NCBI GenBank assembly: GCA_036229545.1
Contig: JAZALG010000005.1
Span: 1 to 34,440, forward strand
DNA length: 34,440 nt
Source: Planctomycetota bacterium
Lineage (GTDB): Bacteria > Planctomycetota > B15-G4
Direction: 5' to 3'
The notes under the pieces were generated by a model. That model worked only from the letters and a program-made list of their open reading frames with translations, was not told where the DNA came from and did no database searches. Positions 1 to 8,827 of this stretch are shown here, piece by piece. The position numbers and the translations under genes were made by a program. Numbering within the stretch: position 1 is the first letter of the stretch; each line of letters opens with the position of its first letter.

Positions 1-1
1 C

Positions 2-1522
2 CTCGTCCTCTACCTTCTCCGTCCCAAAGGATAGGGGGGAGAGGGCCGAGGAGCAGGCAGGACAGGTGCTGGGAGGCGGCTCTTCGTGTCCGCAGTAATG
101 ACAGAGCACCCGCTGGATCCGACGGTGCATCGTCATCGAAACATCGCAGTGAGGACAGCGAAGGCCCGTGCGACAAGTTCGGCAAAGGAGAACAGAGGCC
201 CAGCCACGACGATTAAGGAACAGGAGGACCTGCCCCTCTTTTGACAGGGTATCGTCCATCGCCGCCCGGAGAGCGTCGGACAGGAAGGTATAGCCCTTCC
301 GCCGTTCCTCAAGCATGAGATCAACAACCTGAACGGAGGGCGCGATTCCACCCGCGACCCTCTCCGGGAGACTTAATCGCACCACATCTCCCGTGCTCGC
401 TCTTCGTTCCATTTCAAGGGACGGCGTTGCCGTTCCCATGATGACCACGGCCTTGGCAAGCCGCCCTCTCTTCTCAGCGACATCTCTGGCGTGGTAGCGG
501 GGAACGTTCTGCTGCTTGAACGTCGTCTCGTGCTCCTCATCAAGAATGACGGCTCCAAGATGAGGAACAGGGGCAAAAACCGCTGATCGAGCACCCACCA
601 CCACGTCCGCATCCCCGTCGCGAATCCTCCTCCATTGGTGGGCCCTCTCCGCGTCCGTCAAACTGCTGTGAAGGACGGCGACCCTGTCGAATCGCTCCCG
701 GAAACGCTGGACCGTCTGCGGGGTCAAACTGATTTCCGGGACAAGAACAATTCCCTGACGCCCCTGCCCCACCACTTCGGACAAAATCTGAAGGTAGACC
801 TCCGTCTTGCCGCTTCCCGTCACCCCGTGCAGAAGAAAGGTCTCCGCTTTTTTTGCACGGAAAGCCTTAAGAACCCGATCCCGGGCAGTGACCTGATCCT
901 TGGTCAGTTCATGAGGCTCGGTGGGCGTCACATCGGTGAGTTGCAGAGGGTCATGGATCACCTCCACCGATTCGAAAGCGACCAAACCGGCTTTAGCGAG
1001 ACTCTTCAGCGGAGAGGCACTCACACGGGCGAGACGGCGCAGATCTCGCTGAGACATCAACCCGCCCCGATCCGCAAGGATCCGCAGGGTCCGGGCCTGC
1101 TCCTTTCTTTTCTTCTGCAACTCCTCCACCGTGCTGTGGACCTTGTCCTCCTCGAGGGTCAACCGCACCTGTCGTATCGTTCGGCTCGGCCGCGCCTTTT
1201 TAATTGCCGCTGGCAGGGTGGCTTCCAGCGCCTCACCCCAGGTACACCCCGTTCTCTTTGCCACCCATTCAGCCAGGGCCAGGAGATCCGCCCCTGCGAG
1301 TGGCTCGGGGTCGATCAAAGACTCAATGGGTTTGGCAGTCACTCCGTCCGGCGGTGGCTCGCTTGTGACCTCGACGCACATCGCCGCGAGACGACGCCGA
1401 CCAAAAGGAACCGAGAGGCGAACACCAGGGGACACCTTTTCGGCCAAGGCTTCCGGGATGGCGTAGGTAAACAACCCCTCAACGGGAAGGGGCGGAGCGA
1501 CACGAGCGAATAGAGCCACCAC
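2..1522 (-). CDS. priA: Primosomal protein N' (replication restart helicase), 5' part; runs off the left window edge
   Basis: Absent from the ORF track. Manual translation of several minus-strand segments in one frame gives the N-terminus VVALFARVAPPLPVEGLFTYAIP, Walker A LHGVTGSGKTEVY, VLVPEISLTPQ, VVVGARSAVF, ILDEEHE, PRYHARDVA, LFLNRRG and Zn motifs CRTC/CPHC/CHYC/CPAC followed by FGTEKVEDE. The GTG start overlaps the mazG stop. Confidence 0.95.
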   Translation of the reverse strand, partial: MVALFARVAPPLPVEGLFTYAIPEALAEKVSPGVRLSVPFGRRRLAAMCVEVTSEPPPDGVTAKPIESLIDPEPLAGADLLALAEWVAKRTGCTWGEALEATLPAAIKKARPSRTIRQVRLTLEEDKVHSTVEELQKKRKEQARTLRILADRGGLMSQRDLRRLARVSASPLKSLAKAGLVAFESVEVIHDPLQLTDVTPTEPHELTKDQVTARDRVLKAFRAKKAETFLLHGVTGSGKTEVYLQILSEVVGQGRQGIVLVPEISLTPQTVQRFRERFDRVAVLHSSLTDAERAHQWRRIRDGDADVVVGARSAVFAPVPHLGAVILDEEHETTFKQQNVPRYHARDVAEKRGRLAKAVVIMGTATPSLEMERRASTGDVVRLSLPERVAGGIAPSVQVVDLMLEERRKGYTFLSDALRAAMDDTLSKEGQVLLFLNRRGWASVLLCRTCRTGLRCPHCDVSMTMHRRIQRVLCHYCGHEEPPPSTCPACSSALSPLSFGTEKVEDE

Positions 1523-1836
1523 TAACCGTCCGACGGGTGACCCGAGGCCGATACAGGACAATCGCAAGGCGTTGAGGAACAGCGCGGGCACCCTGCTCCG
1601 TACTTCTTCTGTGCGGCCTTCTCCAGATCAACGCCATGCATGGATGCCAGGGTGCAAAGCCAGGCCAAGACATCGGCGAATTCCTCATCGAGATTGTCTT
1701 GCTCACCCTTTCGGAGAGCCCGGCTCAACTCCCCAACCTCTTCGCACAGCCACATATAGGTCCCGCCAGTGCCACGAGCCCGGTCTCTCTCGCCATAGAT
1801 GTCGTCGATGACCTGTTGGAACTCCTCGATCTTCAC
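1522..1836 (-). CDS. MazG-like nucleotide pyrophosphohydrolase with C-terminal Cys cluster
   Basis: WLCEEVGEL...EEFADVLAWL motif and C-terminal CPRC...PCDC. Likely GTG start at 1836 after a GGAGG SD (the ORF track extends to 1878). Confidence 0.88.
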   Translation of the reverse strand: MKIEEFQQVIDDIYGERDRARGTGGTYMWLCEEVGELSRALRKGEQDNLDEEFADVLAWLCTLASMHGVDLEKAAQKKYGAGCPRCSSTPCDCPVSASGHPSDG

Positions 1837-1858
1837 ACCGCCTCCCTGTCCATACCCA

Positions 1859-3508
1859 TCAACCCCCCGGACGCCCAAGGGTCAGGAGCGTCGTGTCAGA
1901 CGGCAAGGGATTCTTTCCCCTGAATTTTTCAAGGGTGGCCACGACTCTTCGTACGAATGTCTCTGATTTAAAACCTGCCTCACGTTTCACGAGACCCATC
2001 CATCGTTTTTCACCCAGAGGCTTGCCCTGCCTCCCCATGATCAGAGGAAACCCCTCGCTAAAGAGCGTCACACGATCTCCGGGGGCCATTTCAATCGATC
2101 GCACCACGAGAGTCTCGTTGAACACGGGGCCTTCGTCAAAACCCAGTGCGATTCCCTCTGAGTGAATCTCGTCGATTTTCTTTCCCTCGTCTTTGGTGAC
2201 CAACAAGGCCGGGTGTCCCGCATTGGCGATGGACAGCGTCGCGGCTTTTGGATCAACAACGGCAAGGAGGGCCGTCACGTACATGCCTCGCCGCAAGTCT
2301 CCGGAGAGAAGGCTGTTCACTTCTCGAAGAACTTCTCCTGGATCTGTTCGGTTTTTCGCTTCCACCGTGATGAAGGAACGTGCCATGCCCAAGACAAGCG
2401 CCGCGGGCACCCCCGTCCCAGAAGCAGAGGCAACGAGAAGGCCCTGCCTTTCGCCACCCATGGAAATCACATCGTAATATTCACTCGACAACTGATCCGC
2501 CGATTCATGATGCGCGGCAAGATCAAAACCTGGGATTTTTGGAAGGGTCTCGGGAAAGAGGTGGCCCGTCACGTCCGCTGCGACGGACAGTTCTTTTCGA
2601 GACTTTGCCGCTTCGCGTTCCGCATCCCGAGCCTCGCGAAGAGATCGTGTCGTCCCGTCAAACGTTCGGGCCAAATCCCCGATCTCATCGGTGCTGTGGG
2701 GCGTTGTGTGGTGGTCTAAATCCCCCCCCGCAACAATGCGGATGTCATCTTGAAGCTGCTTGAGGGGCTTGGTGATCTGACGACCCAAGAGCAAGGCCAC
2801 TCCCGTCCCCAGAAGAATGAAAAACCCGGCCGCGACCAAAACCCAGAACATGAGGGCGTCTGTGGTTTCATCAATGGCCTTTGTGTTGATGTAAACAGCC
2901 AGCACCCCGACGTCCTCCCCGTGTCTGTCCTGAACGGGGTGGGATCCTCGAATGACTCGACTCGTGATACCCCCGATGGTCAGATCACCCTCGTCGATCG
3001 TGGCGCCACCCGGAAATTCTTGGAGCAACCCCCTGCCTGGCGCCCAGCGCATCTCCCCTGAATACGACGCCAAGGGCGCCAAGCCACCGGCCACATCTGG
3101 AAAAAGTTCGACGGCCAAGATCTGGCCTTCGGAGAGACCGAATCGATTGAACCTCGTGAGATTTCTTTCCCGGATACGCTTCTGCTCTTCATTGAGAAAA
3201 GACTGCTCGTATTCCCGGGGCGTCATGGAATCCACAACCGCCTGGATTTCGTCGAAAGTTTTGCCCTGGTACGGCGTCGCGAAATACTGGGTCCATGCTT
3301 CGACGTCGGCGGTGGCAGCCGTTTTGGCCGCTTCCAAGGCCGTGTTTTGTATCTGCTCCTTCACGGCATCTTGCAAAAAGACCCGCAGGAACAGGGCGAA
3401 GCCGAGCATGAAAACAAGAATCACCCCCGTCAGTGCAACGGCAAGTTTTAAGGCCAGAGAAGTGCCACGCCGGGGCCTGTGCTCGCGGAGGTTCTTTTCT
3501 TTACTCAC
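1859..3508 (-). CDS. Membrane HAMP + SpoIIE/RsbU-type PP2C-domain protein (catalytic Asp residues apparently degenerate)
   Basis: Two TM helices flank an extracytoplasmic region; HAMP (ITKPLKQL...STDEIGDLARTF); PP2C_SIG-like domain (GVPAALV, MYVTALL, ANAGHP, PGDRVTLF). Start GTG 3508, or 3550 per the ORF track. Confidence 0.85.
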   Translation of the reverse strand: MSKEKNLREHRPRRGTSLALKLAVALTGVILVFMLGFALFLRVFLQDAVKEQIQNTALEAAKTAATADVEAWTQYFATPYQGKTFDEIQAVVDSMTPREYEQSFLNEEQKRIRERNLTRFNRFGLSEGQILAVELFPDVAGGLAPLASYSGEMRWAPGRGLLQEFPGGATIDEGDLTIGGITSRVIRGSHPVQDRHGEDVGVLAVYINTKAIDETTDALMFWVLVAAGFFILLGTGVALLLGRQITKPLKQLQDDIRIVAGGDLDHHTTPHSTDEIGDLARTFDGTTRSLREARDAEREAAKSRKELSVAADVTGHLFPETLPKIPGFDLAAHHESADQLSSEYYDVISMGGERQGLLVASASGTGVPAALVLGMARSFITVEAKNRTDPGEVLREVNSLLSGDLRRGMYVTALLAVVDPKAATLSIANAGHPALLVTKDEGKKIDEIHSEGIALGFDEGPVFNETLVVRSIEMAPGDRVTLFSEGFPLIMGRQGKPLGEKRWMGLVKREAGFKSETFVRRVVATLEKFRGKNPLPSDTTLLTLGRPGG

Positions 3509-3577
3509 GATCGGTGACCTGCCTTCCAGCGCCGTCAAAAAGAGACACAACGCCCGGTCGATCCACGAAACCGACAG

Positions 3578-4072
3578 TCACCGCAGAACTCCCAGAGCAA
3601 AAACGGCAAGAGCACCATACCCTCCCGCCGCCACATCATCCGCCATGATACCGAGGCCGCCCCCCCGACGCTCAAGCCATCCGCAGGGTGGGAATTTGAA
3701 AATATCAGCAAGGCGAAAGGCGAGAAACGCCACAACAACTCCCGTCGGCTCCAAATATCCAGGCAGGAGGGGTAGGAGCGCGATCCCCTGCCCCACGACT
3801 TCATCGAGGACGAAAGATGGTGGATCCTCCTCACCGTAGTCGTCTTTCGCGTGTCGCCCAACTGCGACTCCAAGGACGCAGATGAGGCCCAAGCAGGCCA
3901 AAGCCACCCCATGTTCCGGCGTACAGAGCGGGGCCCCGAAAAGCGAATCCCCCTGGCCATAGATCCAGAAGAACACCGCGACGGTCAGAGCGCTCGCCCA
4001 GGTGCCCGGTGCCAAAGGAAGGCGCCCCACCCCAAAGCATGTACCGATGAGGCGGCGGGTCGCCGATCCCAT
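3578..4072 (-). CDS. pgpA: Phosphatidylglycerophosphatase A
   Basis: APGTWAS, DPPSFVLDEVVG, FRLADIFKFPP, GIMADDVAAG motifs; directly downstream of pgsA. Confidence 0.93.
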   Translation of the reverse strand: MGSATRRLIGTCFGVGRLPLAPGTWASALTVAVFFWIYGQGDSLFGAPLCTPEHGVALACLGLICVLGVAVGRHAKDDYGEEDPPSFVLDEVVGQGIALLPLLPGYLEPTGVVVAFLAFRLADIFKFPPCGWLERRGGGLGIMADDVAAGGYGALAVFALGVLR

Positions 4073-4713
4073 CAGGTCCCCTCCTTTTCAGAGGAAGCCG
4101 CTTCCGTTTGTAGAACCTGCGCGGCGGCCACAACGTAACGCCCCCCTGACGTGAGGGCGAGTCCGAGACCAAGCCAGACGGCCAGCAACGTCAAAAATTC
4201 AGCAACATCAATGAGAACCGGAATCGCGGGCCCGTCCCAACCCATGTCGGCTCCATTGGTCAGCATTCTCCATGCGAAAAGAGTGGGGATGGCAACGCAC
4301 TGAACGACCATTTTGACCTTGCCGTCCATGCGCGATGGAAAGGCAACCCCTCGCGCCTCAACAAAACCCCGGAGCCCTGTCACGAGAAACTCACGGCCCA
4401 CAATGAGCACCACAACCCATGTGGGCAGCCAGGGCTGAGCCCAGTCCGTGCTGGTAAGAAAAATAAAGGACCCCGACAGTGCCAGCTTGTCCGCGACGGG
4501 ATCGGCGATCCGACCAAAATCGGTGATTTGTCCGAGTTTGCGAGCGTAGTGCCCGTCCAGAGCGTCCGTCGCCACCACGATGATAAACACAGAGCCCGCG
4601 ACAAGAGGTGGCCACCACTCCGGTCCGGCACAGGTGTCCGTCCAGGCCAGAAATGCAAAAAGCCCCAGAGAAGCGATGATGCGCGCGGTGGTAATGCGGT
4701 TTGGAAGATTCAT
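4072..4713 (-). CDS. pgsA: CDP-diacylglycerol--glycerol-3-phosphate 3-phosphatidyltransferase
   Basis: MNLPNRIT start; CDP-alcohol phosphotransferase motif TDALDGHYAR...FGRIADPVADK; REFLVTGLR; GKVKM. Confidence 0.9.
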   Translation of the reverse strand: MNLPNRITTARIIASLGLFAFLAWTDTCAGPEWWPPLVAGSVFIIVVATDALDGHYARKLGQITDFGRIADPVADKLALSGSFIFLTSTDWAQPWLPTWVVVLIVGREFLVTGLRGFVEARGVAFPSRMDGKVKMVVQCVAIPTLFAWRMLTNGADMGWDGPAIPVLIDVAEFLTLLAVWLGLGLALTSGGRYVVAAAQVLQTEAASSEKEGT

Positions 4714-4753
4714 CGACACACTGATCTGGGTAGGAGCAACGGCACGGCAACCA

Positions 4754-6151
4754 CTAGACGTCTGGTACTGCAACCAGATCGTACCCCTGCACCCCCGTGA
4801 TCCGAACCTTCAGAAGATCGCCAGGCGCGAGAGCGAGGTTCTCTGACGTCACAAAAACCTTGCCATCAATCTCAAGGGCATCGACGGCTCGTCGGGCAAC
4901 AGCGGAAACCCCGTCCACGGCATCGACAAGGACCTCGACGGAAGTGCCGACAGCCCTCCGGTTTGCCTCTTCCATGAGATCTCTCTGAAAGCGCATCACT
5001 TCATCTCTTCGTTCCTGCCCCACCGCGGGATCCGGCGCTCCCTCGAGTTCCATCGCTTCAGTCCCCTCCTCTGGTGACCAGACGAAGCACCCCACCCGAT
5101 CAAACGAAAGGTCCTTCAACAATCTCATCAGTCGTTGGAAAGCTTCCTCCGTTTCACCGGGGAAGCCCACAAGGATCGTCGTCCGCAACACAATCTCTGG
5201 GATTTGCTGACGCAGTTGGCCTACCAGCCCGCGAATTCTGGCCCCATCCGTCCCCCGCCTCATCCCTCGGAGAACGGCATCATCTCCGTGCTGAATGGGC
5301 ATATCCAGATAAGGCACCACATTGGAAACCGATGCGAGAGCCTCAATCAAAGAATCGTCGATCGTCGCGGGGTGGGCGTACATCACTCTGACCCATTCCA
5401 GTCCATCCACCTGCCCGAGCCGCTGCAAGAGGTCGGCGAGACCATATCCCAGGCCAAGATCCTTTCCCCAGTCCGTGCTGTCTTCCGCCACCAGGGTGAC
5501 CTCTTTGACCCCTAGGGCGACGAGGCCGTGCACCTCCTCCTCCAGCACTTCGATGGGCTTGCTCTTCAACTTTCCGCGGATTTTCGGAATCGCACAAAAA
5601 GCGCAGATGTGATTGCATCCTTCCCCGAGTCGCAGGTACGCCGTATGCCGGGGCGTCAGGAGTGCGCGGCCAAGATCGTCCTCCGCGCCTCGAGGCGCCC
5701 CTCCGCCCCCCTCCCCCAACTCCGTCTCAACGGACGTTGTTGCGCTCCCGCCAGGGCAAGGCCCATTTGCCTCTTCGCCCAAAAGGTTTTGAACGATCGA
5801 AGGCACCCCGGAGTAATCGGAAAGGGGAAGAAATGCGTCGACCTCGGGGATCTCCTTCATCAACTGAGGGCGGTGGAGTTCGACAAGGCATCCTGTGACG
5901 ACAAGCCCTTTGATCGCCCCTGCCTGCTTCATCTCTGCAAAGCCCAGGATGGTGTTGATGCTCTCCTCCCGGGCGTCACCGACGAAGCCACAGGTATTCA
6001 CGATCACGACATCTGATTCGGAAGGATCTGCCACCAGATCCAGCCCGGATCGGGCCAGATGCCCCGTCATCACCTCGCTGTCGACGAGGTTTTTGGGGCA
6101 TCCCAGCGACATCAAACTCACGCGAGTTGGAGAAGAAATTGGGGCTTCCAT
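4754..6151 (-). CDS. rimO: Ribosomal protein S12 methylthiotransferase
   Basis: SLGCPKNLVDSE, VNTCGF, VTGCL, radical SAM EGCNHICAFCAIP, YLDMPIQH, IVGFPGET, EIDG and C-terminal TRAM domain. Confidence 0.95.
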   Translation of the reverse strand: MEAPISSPTRVSLMSLGCPKNLVDSEVMTGHLARSGLDLVADPSESDVVIVNTCGFVGDAREESINTILGFAEMKQAGAIKGLVVTGCLVELHRPQLMKEIPEVDAFLPLSDYSGVPSIVQNLLGEEANGPCPGGSATTSVETELGEGGGGAPRGAEDDLGRALLTPRHTAYLRLGEGCNHICAFCAIPKIRGKLKSKPIEVLEEEVHGLVALGVKEVTLVAEDSTDWGKDLGLGYGLADLLQRLGQVDGLEWVRVMYAHPATIDDSLIEALASVSNVVPYLDMPIQHGDDAVLRGMRRGTDGARIRGLVGQLRQQIPEIVLRTTILVGFPGETEEAFQRLMRLLKDLSFDRVGCFVWSPEEGTEAMELEGAPDPAVGQERRDEVMRFQRDLMEEANRRAVGTSVEVLVDAVDGVSAVARRAVDALEIDGKVFVTSENLALAPGDLLKVRITGVQGYDLVAVPDV

Positions 6152-6253
6152 AGAACGCGAAGTCTAGCAGGGAGGCTTTTATTCGACACCATCCACAAGG
6201 ATGCCGTTCCACCCTTGCCGGTTTTCCCATTGCTGGATAGAACAGGGCTTTGA

Positions 6254-8812
6254 ATGGCTTCGTCGTACATTGGCCATTTCTCCCACTTCTCGGGCAACTC
6301 CATGATTGGCGACATGCTCCGACTCTTCGACCGGGAAGCGCATCTCCTTCTCCTCTCCCTGTGCATTGCGGGACTCACCGCCCCTCCACTCCAGGCCCAC
6401 AAACCCCATGACGTCGTCAACGTTGTGGAGGTCTCTCCAGTCCTTTCCGATGGAACGCAGGTACTTTTGGCCGCCGTCACTCTCTCCGATATTTTTCTTC
6501 TCGTTCGCAGCGAAGATGACGGCGCAACCTTTCAATACATCAGCACCCCCTTCGCCGCCCACGGCATCCAAGACATCGTTTTTTCCCCAGACTTCGCGAC
6601 AAACCGCCTCTGCTGGATCGCCACAAAAGTCACCGGAGCCTGGCGATCGGTCGATGGAGGTGTCACCTGGTCTCTCATTATTAACGGCCTGGGCTCCCTT
6701 GAGAGCCGGAGCATGGACATTTCCGCCGACGGCACCGCCCTTCTCCTCGCCACCGCTGACGGGGTCTATCGAGCAACCGTCGGGGGAACAACCTGGGTCG
6801 CGCAGATGACCCTGCCCCAAGCCGCGGGCATCAACGATGTCGCCTTTGCGGGGGCCGGTTCACATCTGGCCTTCGCGGGAAGTGACACCCTGTTTAGAAC
6901 GGAAGACGGCGGAAACTCCTGGGCTCCTGTTCACCAGTTTTCTGTCCCGGTCGACACGCTGGCACCCTCGCCCCTCTATGACCAAGACCAAACGCTGATG
7001 GTCGGCTTCGGTCGATTTGGGAATGGCTCGGTTTTCTCCCAGAACGGTGGGCTGTCCTTTCTTCCGCAACTGGATGGTTTGGATGATCTGTATGTCTATG
7101 ACGTCGCTCTCGCCGCGGACGGGACCACCTTTGCCCTTGGGCGCTCCGGCGGCCTCTTTCGAGCGGACGGAGTCGGAGCACCTTGGGTGCAATTCACCAA
7201 GGGCTTTGAGGTCCTTTCGGACCTCACTGAAGAGCATTTTCGCTCCCTGTCCCTTTCCACGTCGTTTGAAGAAGATCAGACCCTCTTCGTCGGAGCCTTT
7301 GAAGGACTGTTTCGATCAGAAAACCAGGGACAATCCTTCCTCCAGGCAGACTTACACACGGTTAAATACCACCGAGGACTCTGCCTCTCTCCGAACTACT
7401 CCTCTGACCGAACCCTGCTTGCTGGGAGTTACGGTGGTGGGGTCTTGGTCAGGACGCCGACACCTCTTCCGGGAGTATCGGGAGGAAATCTTCGGGCAAC
7501 GACGAGCCTCGGCGGTACGGCCTCTCCCCCCTCCCCTCCGAGAGGCGGACACTTACCGACCCCGCCCGAAATCGGCAAATGGTCCTCTCGCTCAACGGGG
7601 TTAAAATCACTGTACACGGCGGCCATGGCCTTCTCGCCCAACTACAGCCAGGACAACACCCTCTTCTACAGTTACAACGATCTTTGGATGTCCCCCGACC
7701 GCGGGCTCAACTGGGACGAGATTTCCGTGCCACAGTCCATTGACGTCGTGCGCTGTTTTGCGGTTTCTCCCTCCTGGCCAAGTGATCGCACCATCCTCGT
7801 CGGCTCCAGTGAAGGAGGCGGCGTCTGGCTCTACGACCAGAGGGGTGGAGGGTGGTCTATGACAACAGGGCTTCCCAATGTCTTCACGGCTCACTCTCTC
7901 CACATGTCAGATCGATGGGAGATCGACGGAACGGCCATCATCGCGACAAAACACAAGGGTCTCTACCTGACTTCGGATGCGGGGCTCTCTGCGACAGCCA
8001 TCGGAGCAGGGCTCCCTCCGGATGTCTCCATTCGCGCCGTCGAACTCGCACCAAAATTTTCGACGAGCCAGCTTATCGCCATGGGCACGGCTTTCGACGG
8101 CGTTTTCCTTTCCACGGACGGTGGTCTAAATTTTTCCTCCAGCAACGAAGGCTTGCCAGAGACCTCCGTCCTCGTGATCGAGGACATCGTCTTTTCTCCT
8201 GATTTTGCCACTGACGGAACCATCTTCCTCGCGACCCTCGGACAGGGGATATGGCGATCTGGCGACGGCGGTCTCCACTGGGAGCCCTCTTCAAACGGGT
8301 TGCCCGTCACATCATGTCGGCTCCTGGCCATCTCACCTGATTTTTCCAACGATCAAACCGTCTACCTCTCCACGCAAGATCACCTCTATCGGTCCACCAA
8401 CGGAGGTGTCAGTTGGGGTGCCCTGCCCAGTTATGCCCGCATCGACAATCAATACCATCAGGCCGAATACGAAGGGATCTGGACCCAAACCCTCGAGCCT
8501 GGCTACACCGGCCTCGATGTTCACAAAAGCGATGGCAAGGGTGACCGGACATCTCTCAGTTTCGTTGGAGACAGCGTCAGTTGGTATGGCGATGTTGGCC
8601 CCGACCAGGGGATCGTCAAGATCACCGTTGATGAGAAGGACCCCATCCTGGTCGACCTTTATGCCCCCGCCCTAGAGAAGAGTCGCCTGATATTCCATCT
8701 CGACCTTGACCTCCTCGGCCCCCACGCCATTGACATTCAAGTCACGGGTGATCGCCACCCCCAATCTTCTGGAACCTGGGTGTCCTCTGACGGCTTCGAC
8801 TACACCTACTAG
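6254..8812 (+). CDS. Secreted BNR/Asp-box beta-propeller protein (YCF48/Vps10/GH74-like fold) with C-terminal galactose-binding-like domain; paralogue 1
   Basis: Signal peptide (likely start 6302 or 6314, ...LQA|HKPHD); many S/TxDGGxxW Asp-boxes; recurring SP[DN][FY]xxDxT blade motif; Pro/Gly linker; C-terminal IDN..YEGIW...VDLY...DGFDY beta-sandwich. Confidence 0.8.
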   Translation: MASSYIGHFSHFSGNSMIGDMLRLFDREAHLLLLSLCIAGLTAPPLQAHKPHDVVNVVEVSPVLSDGTQVLLAAVTLSDIFLLVRSEDDGATFQYISTPFAAHGIQDIVFSPDFATNRLCWIATKVTGAWRSVDGGVTWSLIINGLGSLESRSMDISADGTALLLATADGVYRATVGGTTWVAQMTLPQAAGINDVAFAGAGSHLAFAGSDTLFRTEDGGNSWAPVHQFSVPVDTLAPSPLYDQDQTLMVGFGRFGNGSVFSQNGGLSFLPQLDGLDDLYVYDVALAADGTTFALGRSGGLFRADGVGAPWVQFTKGFEVLSDLTEEHFRSLSLSTSFEEDQTLFVGAFEGLFRSENQGQSFLQADLHTVKYHRGLCLSPNYSSDRTLLAGSYGGGVLVRTPTPLPGVSGGNLRATTSLGGTASPPSPPRGGHLPTPPEIGKWSSRSTGLKSLYTAAMAFSPNYSQDNTLFYSYNDLWMSPDRGLNWDEISVPQSIDVVRCFAVSPSWPSDRTILVGSSEGGGVWLYDQRGGGWSMTTGLPNVFTAHSLHMSDRWEIDGTAIIATKHKGLYLTSDAGLSATAIGAGLPPDVSIRAVELAPKFSTSQLIAMGTAFDGVFLSTDGGLNFSSSNEGLPETSVLVIEDIVFSPDFATDGTIFLATLGQGIWRSGDGGLHWEPSSNGLPVTSCRLLAISPDFSNDQTVYLSTQDHLYRSTNGGVSWGALPSYARIDNQYHQAEYEGIWTQTLEPGYTGLDVHKSDGKGDRTSLSFVGDSVSWYGDVGPDQGIVKITVDEKDPILVDLYAPALEKSRLIFHLDLDLLGPHAIDIQVTGDRHPQSSGTWVSSDGFDYTY

Positions 8813-8827
8813 ATCTCGACCACTGCC

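Noticed and set aside
40-70. Possible frameshift in the last priA Zn motif
   Set aside because: Careful re-reading gives TCPACSSALSPLSFGTEKVEDE in frame; no shift.
635-1513. 292-aa plus-strand ORF
   Set aside because: Antisense shadow of priA, which carries all the recognisable motifs on the minus strand.
2952-3839. 295-aa plus-strand ORF
   Set aside because: Antisense to the HAMP/PP2C gene and pgpA; Ser/Arg/Pro-rich with no motifs.
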